This document shows, piece by piece, positions 17,516 through 29,478 of a stretch of 64,000 bases of DNA. The notes below the pieces were generated by a model. That model saw only the letters and a program-made list of their open reading frames with translations. It was not told where the DNA came from and did no database searches. Within the stretch, counting starts at the first letter, position 1; every line of letters starts with the position of its first letter. The DNA comes from Gammaproteobacteria bacterium (lineage in GTDB: Bacteria; Pseudomonadota; Gammaproteobacteria; Eutrophobiales; Eutrophobiaceae), in contig CBDEUD010000003.1 of the NCBI GenBank assembly GCA_965243115.1, forward strand, positions 3,707,967 through 3,771,966, written 5' to 3'. The translations under genes and the position numbers were made by a program.

Positions 17516-19117
17516 CTACAAACTGACCTGCATCACCTTGTTGATGGCCTCAATTTCGGCAAGTTCGTCCATCATTCCATCTTTCAATGCGGTCGACACC
17601 CCGAGCACGGCGATAGCCTTGCTGCTGCCGGTAACGATGCCCAGTTGCATGCGCGAGATATTGATCCGTTCCCGGGCCAGCAGGTTGCTGATTGCGGCAA
17701 CCACACCCGGCTGGTCATTATGCCGGGTGACAAGCAAATGGCCTTCCAGTACCGCTTCAATCTCGTAGTCGTTGATGCGTATCAGGCGCGGGTGCTTCTT
17801 GTTGAACAGCGTCCCGATGACCTCCGTCGTGCGGTCCCCGTGGCGGGCCGACAGGCTGACCGCCGAATGGTAGTCCGGGTGTTCACCCGCGCGGGCCTCG
17901 ACGAGGCTCAGGCCCTGCTGTTGTGCGATGTGCCTGGCGTTCACCCGGTTCACCTCCGCCGACATATGAGCGCCCAATAACCCCACCAGTCCTTCCGTGG
18001 CGATGCTGCCCATGTCCCTCTCCGCCGCCTCGCCAAACAGCGATACCTCCAGTTGGCGAATGGAGTCCGGGATCATGGGACCCAGCAGCATCCCCAGGCG
18101 CCGGGCCAGCAGCAGGTAAGGCTGCAGTTTCACCATCTCATCGGCCGACACTGCCGGCAGGTTAATCGCATTGATGGGTTCGCCGGTCCTCAGATAGATA
18201 CAAATCTGCTGGGCAATCTCCATGCCGGTCGCGGCCTGGGCTTCATGGGTCGACGCGCCCAGGTGCGGGGTCAGCAAGGCATTGTCCAGGGTCAGCAGGG
18301 GGGATTCCTCCGGCGGTTCCGAGGAAAACACATCAAGGGCCGCCCCGCCCAGGTGCCCGTTCTTGAGCGCGTCATACAGCGCCGCCTCGTCAACCAGACC
18401 GCCCCTGGCACAATTGATTAACCTTGCACCGGGCTTCATGGCGCGGAGCCTGGCGGCATTCATGATGTTGCGGGTCTTGTCGTTCAACGGGCAATGCAGG
18501 CTGATGTAATCCGCCTCTTCCACCAGCTCATCAATGTCAACACCGGTGACGCCGTCGGCCAGGAACTTTTCCTCCGTAACGAACGGGTCAAACGCAATTA
18601 CCTGCATTTCCAGGGCCAGGGCCTTGGCTGCAACAACCCTGCCGATATGGCCGTAGCCGACGATGCCCAGCACTTTATTGGCCAGTTCCACCCCGATAAA
18701 GCGAGCCCGTTTCCATTCACCCGCCTTCACCGACCTGTTGGCCTGCGGCAGGTTCCGGCTCAGGGAAAACAGGTGGGCTATGGTTAACTCCGCCGTAGTG
18801 GTAACGTTGGCGTCGGGCGTGTTCAGTACGACAACGCCTTTGCCCGTGGCGTAACCCACATCGATATTATCCACCCCGATACCGGCCCTGCCTATCACCT
18901 GCAGCCTGCCCGCCGCATCGATCACCTTTGCTGAAATTGTCGTTGCACTACGCACGATGACGGCATCATAGCCGCCGATTTTTTCGCATAACCCGGTTTC
19001 ATCGAGGCCGGTAATATGATCAACGCTGATATTCCTTTGTCCTTCCAGGAACGCCTTGCCCTCGGGAGATATCTTGTCCGCCACCAGGATGCGCTTGTGC
19101 ACAGGTAAATCCGTCAT
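17516..19117 (-). CDS. serA: D-3-phosphoglycerate dehydrogenase (long form with ASB and ACT domains)
   Basis: IGRAGIGVDNID, GIVGYGHIG, INCARGGLVDE, TPHLGAST, C-terminal HNDQPGVV ACT domain. Confidence 0.95.
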   Translation of the reverse strand: MTDLPVHKRILVADKISPEGKAFLEGQRNISVDHITGLDETGLCEKIGGYDAVIVRSATTISAKVIDAAGRLQVIGRAGIGVDNIDVGYATGKGVVVLNTPDANVTTTAELTIAHLFSLSRNLPQANRSVKAGEWKRARFIGVELANKVLGIVGYGHIGRVVAAKALALEMQVIAFDPFVTEEKFLADGVTGVDIDELVEEADYISLHCPLNDKTRNIMNAARLRAMKPGARLINCARGGLVDEAALYDALKNGHLGGAALDVFSSEPPEESPLLTLDNALLTPHLGASTHEAQAATGMEIAQQICIYLRTGEPINAINLPAVSADEMVKLQPYLLLARRLGMLLGPMIPDSIRQLEVSLFGEAAERDMGSIATEGLVGLLGAHMSAEVNRVNARHIAQQQGLSLVEARAGEHPDYHSAVSLSARHGDRTTEVIGTLFNKKHPRLIRINDYEIEAVLEGHLLVTRHNDQPGVVAAISNLLARERINISRMQLGIVTGSSKAIAVLGVSTALKDGMMDELAEIEAINKVMQVSL

Positions 19118-19138
19118 TATGGCAACCGGTTGTAAATC

Positions 19139-19253
19139 AAGGGGTCAGGTCGGATATTCATGAAGCAAGGGGTCAGGTCGCACATTGCACACACATCGGT
19201 TTATTATGGTTTCACATGTATTGGTTTATGTGTGCAATGTGCGACCTGACCCC
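19139..19253. repeat. GGGGTCAG-ended inverted-repeat element (REP/REPIN-like) with an extra truncated outer arm; supplies the glmM stop codon region
   Basis: Perfect 25-bp arms GGGGTCAGGTCGCACATTGCACACA (19169-19193) and its reverse complement (19229-19253), AT-rich spacer, partial copy AAGGGGTCAGGTCG at 19139. Confidence 0.85.
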
Positions 19254-20584
19254 CTGAGTATGTTGTCTATATCCTCGGCCAGCTTGTGCGCCAGCGAACT
19301 GACCTTTACGGAATCACTGCCCTCCACCATAACCCGTAACAACGGCTCAGTGCCGGACGGCCGTAACAGCACGCGCCCGGGCTTGCCCAACTCTGTTTCA
19401 ACTTCCCTGACGGCCTTGTCGATCCCGGGACATTCCGGAAGTTTCACCGGTTTCTGCAGTTCTATGTTCATCAGCGCCTGCGGATATTTCCGCATGCCGC
19501 GTTTCAATGAATTCAGACTGTCTCCGGTGCTTTGCATCGTGTTCAGCACCTGTAACGCCGAAATGATGCCGTCACCCGTGTCGGAAAAATTCCGGTTTAC
19601 TATATGGCCGGACTGCTCTCCACCCAGCATCAGCCTTTTTTCATCCAGCAATTCCATGATATAACGATCTCCCACCTTCGCCCGGTAAAACTCGAGCCCC
19701 ATTCCGTTCAGGGCCTGCTCCAGCCCCAGGTTGCTCATCAGCGTACCGACAACACCGCCGTTGAGCATATCTTTCTGTTGTCCGGCTATGATGTACAGTA
19801 ATTCATCGCCATCCACCAGCTGGCCTTTATGATCGACCATGATTACCCTGTCGGCGTCCCCGTCCAGCGAGATTCCGATATCCGCTTTTTTTTCCAGCAC
19901 GGTCTGTTGCAGTGTCTCCGGCATCGTGGCGCCGCAACCGTCGTTGATGTTGAAACCGTCCGGTTCTATACCGATTGCAAATACCCTGGCGCCCAGTTCT
20001 TCAAATACTTTCGGCGCAATTTTGTAGGCCGCGCCGTTGGCGCAATCAACCACCATGCGCATGCCGCTCAAATCGCAATCAATCCTGCTCTTGCAGAATT
20101 CGATGTACCTGCGCGGCGCATCCGTGATCCGGCGCGCCTTGCCCAGCTTCCCCGAATCTACGACCTCCAGCGAGTTGGCCAGTTGTTCTTCTATCTGTAA
20201 TTCAACGGCATCCGACAGCTTTCTGCCGTTCCTGGAGAAGATCTTGATGCCGTTATCGAAATAGGGATTGTGGGAAGCGCTGATGACGATTCCCGCTTCG
20301 GCGCGGGTGTTTTTTGTCAGGTAGGCAACGGCAGGAGTGGGTACCGGCCCCAGCAAGCGGATATCGACGCCTGCGGCAGACAATCCGGCCTCCAGGGCGG
20401 ATTCGAACATATAGCCGGAGACGCGGGTGTCTTTCCCTATGAGAATGGGGCCCGTGCTCTGTCCGTTCAGTACCTTGCCGATGGCCCAACCCAGTTTCAT
20501 GACGAACCCGGGAGTTACAGGTTCTATGCCTACCCTGCCACGGATACCATCCGTCCTGAAGAATTTACGCGAATTATGACTAAT
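19226..20584 (-). CDS. glmM: Phosphoglucosamine mutase; probable non-canonical ATT start at 20584 (first ATG at 20500)
   Basis: ISASHNP, DGDADR, GGEQSGH and RPSGTEP motifs. The conserved N-terminus RKFFRTDGIRGRVG is in frame upstream of the ATG at 20500, preceded by GGGAG-7nt-ATT. Confidence 0.9.
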   Translation of the reverse strand: MSHNSRKFFRTDGIRGRVGIEPVTPGFVMKLGWAIGKVLNGQSTGPILIGKDTRVSGYMFESALEAGLSAAGVDIRLLGPVPTPAVAYLTKNTRAEAGIVISASHNPYFDNGIKIFSRNGRKLSDAVELQIEEQLANSLEVVDSGKLGKARRITDAPRRYIEFCKSRIDCDLSGMRMVVDCANGAAYKIAPKVFEELGARVFAIGIEPDGFNINDGCGATMPETLQQTVLEKKADIGISLDGDADRVIMVDHKGQLVDGDELLYIIAGQQKDMLNGGVVGTLMSNLGLEQALNGMGLEFYRAKVGDRYIMELLDEKRLMLGGEQSGHIVNRNFSDTGDGIISALQVLNTMQSTGDSLNSLKRGMRKYPQALMNIELQKPVKLPECPGIDKAVREVETELGKPGRVLLRPSGTEPLLRVMVEGSDSVKVSSLAHKLAEDIDNILRGSGRTLHT

Positions 20585-20656
20585 CGGGCGACTCCCGGAG
20601 TATGGGCAAAGACTGCAGGCTTGCTGTCAAATCCGGCTTGTCCCTGGTTTCCTGAA

Positions 20657-22585
20657 TCAAGCGGGTCGCGCCGGCCCGTCGATGGCAGGGCCCTCAACAG
20701 ACTGGCCTTCATCTTTTTGCTGCGTTTCATCAGGGCCTGCTTCCTTTCCGCGGGTCTTTTTTTCATCGCCCCAGTCGGCCGGCGGCCCGGGTTCCTTACC
20801 CTCCATGATGCTGTCGATCTGGCCCGAGTCAATGGTTTCGTACTTGATCAGCGCGTCGGCCATCATGTGCAGTTTATCCAGGTTCGCCTCGAGCAGTTCC
20901 CTGGCATGCTCATAATTTTTATCGATGATCCGTCTTACCTCCGCATCGATATCGTTCTGGGTCGCGGCGGAGACGGTCGAATGTTTGGTGACGGAATGCC
21001 CCAGAAAGACCTCTCCCTCGTCCTCCTGGTAAGCGAGCGGGCCCATCTTGTCGGAAAGGCCCCACTTGGTTACCATGTTTCTGGCCAGCAGGGTTGCGCG
21101 TTCAATATCATTACTCGCCCCCGTGGTCACGGCATCCTCCCCGAAGATCAGGGATTCGGCGATACGTCCGCCGAACAGGGAGCAGATCTGACTCTGCAGG
21201 AACTGCCGGGAATAGCTCAACCTGTCCTGCTCCGGCAGAAACATGGTTACGCCCAGCGCCCGCCCGCGCGGGATGATGGTGACCTTGTAAACGGGGTCAT
21301 GGCCCGGGACGAGCCTGCCGACGATGGCGTGGCCGGCCTCATGGTATGCCGTAAGTTTCTTTTCTTCATCGCTCATTACCATGGAGCGCCGTTCCGTGCC
21401 CATCATGACCTTGTCCTTGGCCCGTTCAAACTCCTCCATGTCCACTTCCTTCTTGTTCGCCCGCGCCGCAAACAACGCCGCTTCGTTAATCAGGTTGGCA
21501 AGATCGGCGCCGGAAAAGCCCGGCGTGCCGCGTGCGATGATGGAGGGCTTCACATTATCGGCTATTGCAACCTTGCGCATATGCACCTTGAGGATCTGCT
21601 CCCGTCCCCTGATATCCGGCAGCGGCACCACCACCTGGCGATCAAACCTGCCGGGACGAAGCAGGGCCGGATCAAGCACGTCGGGACGGTTGGTAGCCGC
21701 AATGACGATGATGCCTTCGTTGCCTTCAAACCCGTCCATTTCAACCAGGAGCTGGTTCAGCGTTTGCTCGCGTTCATCATGTCCCCCGCCCAGGCCGGCG
21801 CCGCGGTGGCGTCCTACCGCATCGATCTCGTCGATAAAGATGATGCACGGCGCGTGCTTCTTCGCCTGTTCAAACATGTCGCGCACCCGCGAGGCGCCCA
21901 CGCCGACAAACATTTCCACGAAATCGGAACCGGATATGGTGAAGAAGGGGACCTGTGCCTCACCGGCTATCGCTTTTGCCAGCAAAGTCTTGCCGGTACC
22001 GGGTGAACCCACCATAAGAACACCGCGGGGAATCTTGCCTCCCAGTTTCTGGAACTTGGCGGGGTCGCTCAGAAATTCGACCAGCTCGACGACCTCTTCC
22101 TTGGCCTCTTCAACACCGGCGACATCGTTAAAGGTAATCTTGACCTGATCCTCATTTAATAACCGCGCCCGGCTCTTGCCGAACGACAAGGCGCCGCGGC
22201 CGCCCGCGCCGCCCTGCATCTGCCGCATAAAATAGATCCAGATGCCCAGCAACAGCAGTATGGGGAACCAGGAAATAAACGCGTGGGCCCAGAATGAATT
22301 CTTGTTCGGTTCGGAACCCAGCACTTCCACGTTGTTTTCCAGCAAGGTGCCGATCAAGGCGTCATTGCTGGTTTCCGGGCTGTACGTGTTGAACCGGGTC
22401 CCGTCAGCCAGGTTGCCGGAGATGGTGCTGCCTTCGATTGTAACGGAAAGCACCTTGCCGGTTTTCACGTCCAGGATAAACTGGGAATAGGGAATATTGG
22501 TACTGGTCGTGCGTACGCCGAAGTTTTGAAATACCATCATCAAAACCAGGGCGATTACTACCCACAATAAAATACTTTTTATCAT
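20657..22585 (-). CDS. ftsH: ATP-dependent zinc metalloprotease FtsH
   Basis: Two TM helices, GSPGTGKT Walker A, SRH (LLRPGRFDR), HEAGH zinc motif. Confidence 0.98.
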   Translation of the reverse strand: MIKSILLWVVIALVLMMVFQNFGVRTTSTNIPYSQFILDVKTGKVLSVTIEGSTISGNLADGTRFNTYSPETSNDALIGTLLENNVEVLGSEPNKNSFWAHAFISWFPILLLLGIWIYFMRQMQGGAGGRGALSFGKSRARLLNEDQVKITFNDVAGVEEAKEEVVELVEFLSDPAKFQKLGGKIPRGVLMVGSPGTGKTLLAKAIAGEAQVPFFTISGSDFVEMFVGVGASRVRDMFEQAKKHAPCIIFIDEIDAVGRHRGAGLGGGHDEREQTLNQLLVEMDGFEGNEGIIVIAATNRPDVLDPALLRPGRFDRQVVVPLPDIRGREQILKVHMRKVAIADNVKPSIIARGTPGFSGADLANLINEAALFAARANKKEVDMEEFERAKDKVMMGTERRSMVMSDEEKKLTAYHEAGHAIVGRLVPGHDPVYKVTIIPRGRALGVTMFLPEQDRLSYSRQFLQSQICSLFGGRIAESLIFGEDAVTTGASNDIERATLLARNMVTKWGLSDKMGPLAYQEDEGEVFLGHSVTKHSTVSAATQNDIDAEVRRIIDKNYEHARELLEANLDKLHMMADALIKYETIDSGQIDSIMEGKEPGPPADWGDEKKTRGKEAGPDETQQKDEGQSVEGPAIDGPARPA

Positions 22586-22667
22586 AACGCCGTACGCCTA
22601 CGTTGTTTTCTATTACCTGCGATCCCGCCGACGGAACGACGGCTGTCTCGCATTTCTTGGCTCCATG

Positions 22668-23282
22668 CTACCCATTATAGCCTTTTGCCAGAATATATAC
22701 CTCACTGGAATTCGCTCTTGAGGCCCGCGGCTTGCCCAGTATAACTTTTTCGAACTTCGCCAACAATCCCTTTCTGAAAGCGGCGCTGTCATCACCCTGG
22801 AACAGCTTTACCAGGAAATGTCCGTTCCTGGCCAGCACCGAACAGGCCAGCCGGCAAGCCGTTTCCGCCAGGTTCAGGCTGTTGGCCTGATCCACCGCGG
22901 CTATCCCTGATAAATTGGGGGCCATATCCGAAATTACAAGGTCGACCTCGTATTTTTGCAATTCGGCGGTGCAGGTTTGCAGGTATTCCGGGTCGGTGAT
23001 ATTTCCCTTGAGGAAGGTAACGTTTGCAAGCGGTTGCATATCCAGCAGGTCGATGGCGATGACTTTCCCGCCCGGCCTGACTTTCTCACTTACGTAGAGC
23101 GACCAGCTACCCGGCGCCGCGCCCAGGTCGACCACGGTCTGTCCCGGCCGGAACAGCCGGTAGCGCCGGTCCAGTTCCTCCAGCTTGAATACGGCGCGGG
23201 AGCGGAGCTGCCTGTCCCTGGCCAGGTTGACGAACGGGTCCCGGTTATGTTCCCGCAACCAGCGTTTGCTGCTTTTTGCCAT
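22668..23282 (-). CDS. rlmE: 23S rRNA Um2552 methyltransferase RlmE (FtsJ)
   Basis: RSRAVFKL, VVDLGAAPGSWS, ISDMAPN motifs; upstream of ftsH. Confidence 0.95.
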   Translation of the reverse strand: MAKSSKRWLREHNRDPFVNLARDRQLRSRAVFKLEELDRRYRLFRPGQTVVDLGAAPGSWSLYVSEKVRPGGKVIAIDLLDMQPLANVTFLKGNITDPEYLQTCTAELQKYEVDLVISDMAPNLSGIAAVDQANSLNLAETACRLACSVLARNGHFLVKLFQGDDSAAFRKGLLAKFEKVILGKPRASRANSSEVYILAKGYNG

Positions 23283-23301
23283 TTCAGGAACTTCTCCGGA
23301 C

Positions 23302-23326
23302 GGGGACGGAATTTAATTCCGTCCCC
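23302..23326. repeat. GGGGACGG-ended palindromic REP-like element
   Basis: GGGGACGGAATT-T-AATTCCGTCCCC; near-identical copies at 32361 and 43078. Confidence 0.85.
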
Positions 23327-23336
23327 ATCTCATGAT

Positions 23337-23813
23337 TCAGATATAGGCAACTGACAGTATTTCGTATTCGATAACCCCTGCAGGCGCATTAACCTCGATC
23401 ACGTCACCTTCCTCCTTGCCGATCAGGGCCCGGGCGATCGGGGCCGTGACGGAGAGCAGGCCCTGATCGATATCCGCTTCCATCTCGCCCACTATCTGGT
23501 AACGGACTTCCTGCTCACTTTCAAGGTTCAACAGGCCGACGGTTGCGCCGAATACGATTTTCCCATCGGCGTGGATTTTCCCGACCTCGATGATCTCCGC
23601 TACGGCAAGCGCTCCTTCAACCGTTGCAATACGGGCTTCCAGAAACCCCTGGCGTTCCCGCGCGGCATGATATTCGGCATTTTCACTGAGGTCGCCGTGA
23701 GCCCTGGCTTCCTTCAGGGCCTGGATGATCTTGGGCCGTTCAACTGATTTCAATTCATCCAGCTGTTGTCGTAACCGCCGGGCGCCTTTTGCGGTTATCG
23801 GTACTCTGTTCAT
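23337..23813 (-). CDS. greA: Transcription elongation factor GreA
   Basis: [18 protein letters not shown] motif; downstream of carB. Confidence 0.97.
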   Translation of the reverse strand: MNRVPITAKGARRLRQQLDELKSVERPKIIQALKEARAHGDLSENAEYHAARERQGFLEARIATVEGALAVAEIIEVGKIHADGKIVFGATVGLLNLESEQEVRYQIVGEMEADIDQGLLSVTAPIARALIGKEEGDVIEVNAPAGVIEYEILSVAYI

Positions 23814-26800
23814 CGTGTCATTACCTCATGCAGTTCCTGCAGACAATGGATGCTGTCGACATGATCGTCCTTCAATGCAGCAATTATAGCGTTGGCGCCG
23901 GCTATTGTGGTCGTATAAAACACCTTGTGCTGTATCGCAGTCGTCCTGATGGAATGGGAATCCGTTATCGCCTGCCTCCCCTCCGTGGTATTGACAATGA
24001 GCGCGATGTCATCGTTTTTCAGCATATCGACGATATGGGGATGGCCTTCAGCGACCTTGTTCACCCTGGTGCATTCCACACCGGCCTGCCTGATCCTGCT
24101 TGCAGTGCCCTCGGTAGCGCACAGGCTGAAACCTGCTTCGGCAAAGTCCCTCGCTACCTGTATGGCGTCAGGCTTGTCCTTGTCGCGGACGCTGATGAAT
24201 ACCATGCCGCTGCGCGGAATTTCCTGGCTGGTAGCCAGTACCGCCTTGTTGTAGGCCTCGCCGAAACCGCTGCCGATGCCCATCACCTCTCCGGTGGACT
24301 TCATCTCGGGACCCAGTATCGGGTCAACGCCGGGGAACTTGGTAAACGGAAACACGGCTTCCTTGATGGAGCAATAGCCGGGTTCCGGTATCGACTTGAC
24401 CCCCTGGCCGGCAAGACTGTCGCCCACCATGCACCGGGCCGCAATCCGGGCCAGGGGGACCCCGGTCGCCTTGGATACATAGGGCACGGTGCGGGAAGCC
24501 CTGGGATTGACTTCCAGTACGAAAATATCCTCACCCTGGATGGCGAACTGTGTATTCATCAAGCCGCTCACGTTAAGGCCGCGCGCCATTTTCTCCACCT
24601 GCCCGGCCAGACGTCGCTGCAGCTTGCCGTTCAAACTGAACGGCGGCAGCGAACAGGCCGAATCGCCGGAGTGAATGCCCGCCTGTTCAATATGCTCCAT
24701 GATGCCGCCGATAATCACGTCACGGCCGTCGGAGATCGCATCCACGTCCACCTCGATGGCTTTGTCCAGGAAGCGGTCCAGCAGCACCGGCGAGTCGTTG
24801 GATACCGCCACGGCCCGGGACATGTATTCCTTCAGGTCCGTCTCGTCATAGACTATCTCCATGGCCCGCCCGCCCAGCACGTAGGACGGCCGCACAACGA
24901 TGGGATAGCCGATTTCCTGCGCCAGGCTGAGCGCATCGGGCAGGTTTCTCGCAGTCCGGTTCGACGGCTGTTTGAGGTCCAGGTCCTGCAGCAACCGTTG
25001 AAACCGCTCCCGGTCTTCCGCCAGGTCTATCGAATCCGGTGCGGTGCCGATAATCGGCGCACCCTCCGCTTCCAGGGCGCGGGCCAGTTTCAACGGTGTC
25101 TGCCCGCCGAATTGAACGATCACGCCCCGCGGCTGCTCCAGGTGAATGATCTCCAGTACGTCTTCCAGCGTCAGCGGCTCGAAATAAAGCCTGTCGGACG
25201 TATCGTAGTCCGTGGAGACGGTTTCCGGATTGCAGTTCACCATGATGGATTCATAACCGGCTTCACGCATGGCGTACGCAGCCTGTACGCAACAGTAATC
25301 GAACTCGATCCCCTGGCCTATGCGGTTGGGTCCGCCGCCCAGCACCATGATCTTTTCCCTGCCTGTCGGGTTGGCCTCACATTCTTCATCGTAGGTCGAA
25401 TACATGTACGCCGTGGTTGCCGGAAACTCCGCGGCGCAGGAATCGACCCGTTTGTACACGGGCCGTATATCGAATTGGTGACGCCGCTGCCTGAGCCGGT
25501 CCTCGCTGACGTCCAGCAGCGCGGCGAGGCGGCTGTCCGAGAAGCCTTTTTGCTTCAGGCGATACAGGCGCTCCCTGTCCATGGCCTGCGGATCAAATCC
25601 CGATAGTTGTTGTTCTTCGTCAATCAGGTCCTGAATCTGCGCCAGGAACCAGGGGTCGATGCGCGACAGGGAATGGACCCGGGCCAGGTCCATGCCGTGG
25701 CGAAAGGCTTCGCCGACATAGAGCAGGCGTTCCGAACCGGGGTTTTGCAGTTCATGGCTGATCCTGCCCAGGTTGCCTGCGTTCACTTCATCGTAGAGAT
25801 TGATGAAGCCATCCACCCCGGTTTCCAACCCGCGCAAGGCCTTTTGCAGGGATTCCTGGAAGGTCCTGCCGATTGCCATCACCTCGCCCACCGATTTCAT
25901 CTGTGTCGTCAGTTGCGGGTCGGCCTGGGGGAACTTTTCGAACGTGAACCTGGGGATCTTCGTTACGATGTAGTCAATGGTGGGTTCAAACGACGCCGGC
26001 GTGGCGCCGCCGGTAATTTCATTATCCAGTTCATCCAGGGTGTAGCCGACCGCCAGTTTTGCCGCAACCCGGGCGATGGGAAATCCCGTTGCCTTGGAAG
26101 CCAGGGCGGAGGAACGCGACACCCGCGGGTTCATCTCGATGATGAGCAACTGTCCGTCATCCGGGTTGACGGCAAACTGTACGTTGGACCCGCCCGTATC
26201 CACACCGATCTCGCGCAACACCGCGATGGATGCGTCACGCATCAACTGGAATTCCTTGTCCGTGAGGGTGAGTGCGGGCGCGATGGTAATGGAGTCGCCG
26301 GTATGCACGCCCATGGCATCAACGTTCTCTATGGAACAGACGATGATGCAGTTATCCTTGCGGTCCCTGACCACTTCCATCTCGAACTCCTTCCAGCCGG
26401 CCACGGACTGTTCCACCAGGATCTCGCGGGTGGGTGAAGCCTCCAGTCCCCGTTCGCAGATCTCGATGAACTCCTCCTTGTTCCAGGCTACGCCGCCGCC
26501 GGTGCCCCCCAGGGTAAACGAGGGCCGTATGATGACGGGGTAGCCGATGCGGCGCTGGATTTCGATTGCACTCTCAAGGTCGTGGGCCAGGTCTGAATCG
26601 GGCATGTCCAGCCCTATTCTCTTCATGGCATCGCGGAATTTTTCCCTGTCTTCCGCCTTGTCGATGGCTTCCTTGTCGGCGCCGATCATCTCCACGCCGT
26701 ATTTTGCCAGGACACCTTCCCGGGCCAGGTCAAGGGCGCAATTCAGGCCGGTCTGGCCACCCATCGTCGGCAACAACGCAGCGGGACGCTCCTTTTCAAT

Positions 26801-27031
26801 AATTTTCTCGATGGTCTGCCAGCGTACCGGCTCGATATAGGTGGCGTCTGCCATCTCCGGGTCGGTCATGATGGTAGCCGGGTTCGAATTGACCAGGATT
26901 ACCCGGTAACCTTCCTCTTTCAGGGCCTTGCATGCCTGCGCGCCGGAGTAATCGAATTCGCAGGCCTGGCCGATGACGATGGGGCCGGCGCCGATTATCA
27001 GGATGCTGTCTATGTCAGTTCGTTTGGGCAT
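23810..27031 (-). CDS. carB: Carbamoyl-phosphate synthase large subunit
   Basis: [22 protein letters not shown], duplicated ATP-grasp domains, MGS domain. Confidence 0.99.
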   Translation of the reverse strand: MPKRTDIDSILIIGAGPIVIGQACEFDYSGAQACKALKEEGYRVILVNSNPATIMTDPEMADATYIEPVRWQTIEKIIEKERPAALLPTMGGQTGLNCALDLAREGVLAKYGVEMIGADKEAIDKAEDREKFRDAMKRIGLDMPDSDLAHDLESAIEIQRRIGYPVIIRPSFTLGGTGGGVAWNKEEFIEICERGLEASPTREILVEQSVAGWKEFEMEVVRDRKDNCIIVCSIENVDAMGVHTGDSITIAPALTLTDKEFQLMRDASIAVLREIGVDTGGSNVQFAVNPDDGQLLIIEMNPRVSRSSALASKATGFPIARVAAKLAVGYTLDELDNEITGGATPASFEPTIDYIVTKIPRFTFEKFPQADPQLTTQMKSVGEVMAIGRTFQESLQKALRGLETGVDGFINLYDEVNAGNLGRISHELQNPGSERLLYVGEAFRHGMDLARVHSLSRIDPWFLAQIQDLIDEEQQLSGFDPQAMDRERLYRLKQKGFSDSRLAALLDVSEDRLRQRRHQFDIRPVYKRVDSCAAEFPATTAYMYSTYDEECEANPTGREKIMVLGGGPNRIGQGIEFDYCCVQAAYAMREAGYESIMVNCNPETVSTDYDTSDRLYFEPLTLEDVLEIIHLEQPRGVIVQFGGQTPLKLARALEAEGAPIIGTAPDSIDLAEDRERFQRLLQDLDLKQPSNRTARNLPDALSLAQEIGYPIVVRPSYVLGGRAMEIVYDETDLKEYMSRAVAVSNDSPVLLDRFLDKAIEVDVDAISDGRDVIIGGIMEHIEQAGIHSGDSACSLPPFSLNGKLQRRLAGQVEKMARGLNVSGLMNTQFAIQGEDIFVLEVNPRASRTVPYVSKATGVPLARIAARCMVGDSLAGQGVKSIPEPGYCSIKEAVFPFTKFPGVDPILGPEMKSTGEVMGIGSGFGEAYNKAVLATSQEIPRSGMVFISVRDKDKPDAIQVARDFAEAGFSLCATEGTASRIRQAGVECTRVNKVAEGHPHIVDMLKNDDIALIVNTTEGRQAITDSHSIRTTAIQHKVFYTTTIAGANAIIAALKDDHVDSIHCLQELHEVMTR

Positions 27032-28162
<1,131 letters not shown>

Positions 28163-28189
28163 TCGATTCCTCCGCCGAAGCAACACACA

Positions 28190-28222
28190 TACAAAACGGG
28201 AGCAATCGCCCGATTACTCCCG
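28190..28222 (-). terminator. Terminator-like hairpin plus U-tract in the carA leader (possible pyrimidine attenuator)
   Basis: Minus strand CGGGAGTAATCG-GG-CGATTGCTCCCG followed by TTTTGT, about 30 nt before the carA start. Confidence 0.55.
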
Positions 28223-28338
28223 CTTACGAATCCATTTATATTTTACTAAATCAGGCGGTCCGGTGTCGATTGATTTTTTCAGAAAAGATCAAGTAAATCT
28301 ATTTTGACAGCAACATTTTTCTTCATCATTATGCATTC

Positions 28339-28950
28339 ATGCTAACCAGGGAATTATCAGCCATAGTCCTGGCGGCGGGCGGCTCCAGCAGGTACGGCCG
28401 GTGTAAACAACTCGTCAAAATAAACGGTTCCAGCCTGGTCCGGCTTGCCGTGGACAAGCTCTTGCCTCTCTTCTCCCATGACAGGATCAGCGTTGTCGTC
28501 GGGGCCAACCAGGAAGCGGTGGCGCAGGCTGTCAGAGACTTACCTGTTATAGTGGTTGAAAACGAACATTGGCAACAGGGTTTGGCGTCTTCCCTCAAGG
28601 CGGGAATAAACAGCCTTGAACCGGATTGCCGCGCGGTGCTGATTACCTTGTGCGACCAGATCCTGATCACGGAGAAACACCTGCGCCAACTGGCCGACAA
28701 GTGGATTGCCGACCCGTCCAGGATCATTGCCAGCGGCTATGCTGGTACCCTCGGAACGCCGGCTGTCATCCCTGCAGAATTTTATCCGCAACTCCTGGCG
28801 CTGGAAGGCGATACCGGGGCAAAATCCGTATTGAGAAACAACGCTGAACGGGTGTCGACTCTCCCCACACCCGAAGCCGAATTCGACCTCGACGTCCCGG
28901 CCGATCTGGAAAAGCTGCTACAACTCAATATTACAAAGGAGGACTTGTAA
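28339..28950 (+). CDS. MobA/MocA-like nucleotidyltransferase (molybdenum cofactor cytidylyltransferase-like)
   Basis: AIVLAAGGSSRYG..KQL, W.QGLASSLKAG, LCDQ, GDTGAK, DLD.P.D motifs. Confidence 0.85.
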   Translation: MLTRELSAIVLAAGGSSRYGRCKQLVKINGSSLVRLAVDKLLPLFSHDRISVVVGANQEAVAQAVRDLPVIVVENEHWQQGLASSLKAGINSLEPDCRAVLITLCDQILITEKHLRQLADKWIADPSRIIASGYAGTLGTPAVIPAEFYPQLLALEGDTGAKSVLRNNAERVSTLPTPEAEFDLDVPADLEKLLQLNITKEDL

Positions 28951-29012
28951 CGCAGTACCCCTGCGTAGATAAACGGAAGCTTGCGCAGCGTCGACTAAAC
29001 CCCATAATTCAG

Positions 29013-29411
29013 CTACTTCGGGAGATCGTGCTTTTTCCCTGCAAAGGCCGCTTCCCAGTTTGCGCCGTCAAACTCCTCTACCGTCACACTTTCTATCCGC
29101 GTTCTGTCCAGGCAGTTGAGGTTGACGCTGTATCCCTCCGGGAAAGACCGGGGTACGTAGAATGACTTGACGCCGCAGGTCCTGCAAAAATAATGCTGCG
29201 CCGTGCCGGTATTGAAGGTGTAGGTAGCTAAGGCTTCCTCGCCCTGCAACAGCCGGAAGCGCGACCTGGGGACCTGGAAATGCAGGAAGCCGCTCATGCG
29301 GCAGATGGAACAATTGCAGTCCCATACCGTTAATTCGGCAGGGGCATCCATCTCGAACCGGACTGCGCCGCAATGGCAGCCGCCCTCGTGGATTAACAAA
29401 TCTTTATCCAT
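29013..29411 (-). CDS. GFA/CENP-V family zinc-binding protein
   Basis: HEGGCHCGAVRF, CNCSIC, HYFCRTCG motifs. Confidence 0.92.
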   Translation of the reverse strand: MDKDLLIHEGGCHCGAVRFEMDAPAELTVWDCNCSICRMSGFLHFQVPRSRFRLLQGEEALATYTFNTGTAQHYFCRTCGVKSFYVPRSFPEGYSVNLNCLDRTRIESVTVEEFDGANWEAAFAGKKHDLPK

Positions 29412-29478
29412 ATCATTTACCGGTACGGAAGTTATCGGTTACCTGCTATTTGTTCGACTTTTAGATAAACTGTCCGTT

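Noticed and set aside
20270-22006. 578-aa plus-strand ORF
   Set aside because: Antisense shadow of ftsH/glmM, expected in GC-rich DNA; no recognisable motifs.
23789-26437. 605-aa and 276-aa plus-strand ORFs
   Set aside because: Antisense shadows of carB.
29296-29478. 61-codon N-terminal extension of lhr given in the ORF track
   Set aside because: It overlaps the GFA gene on the opposite strand; Lhr similarity begins at MSTDIFHP.
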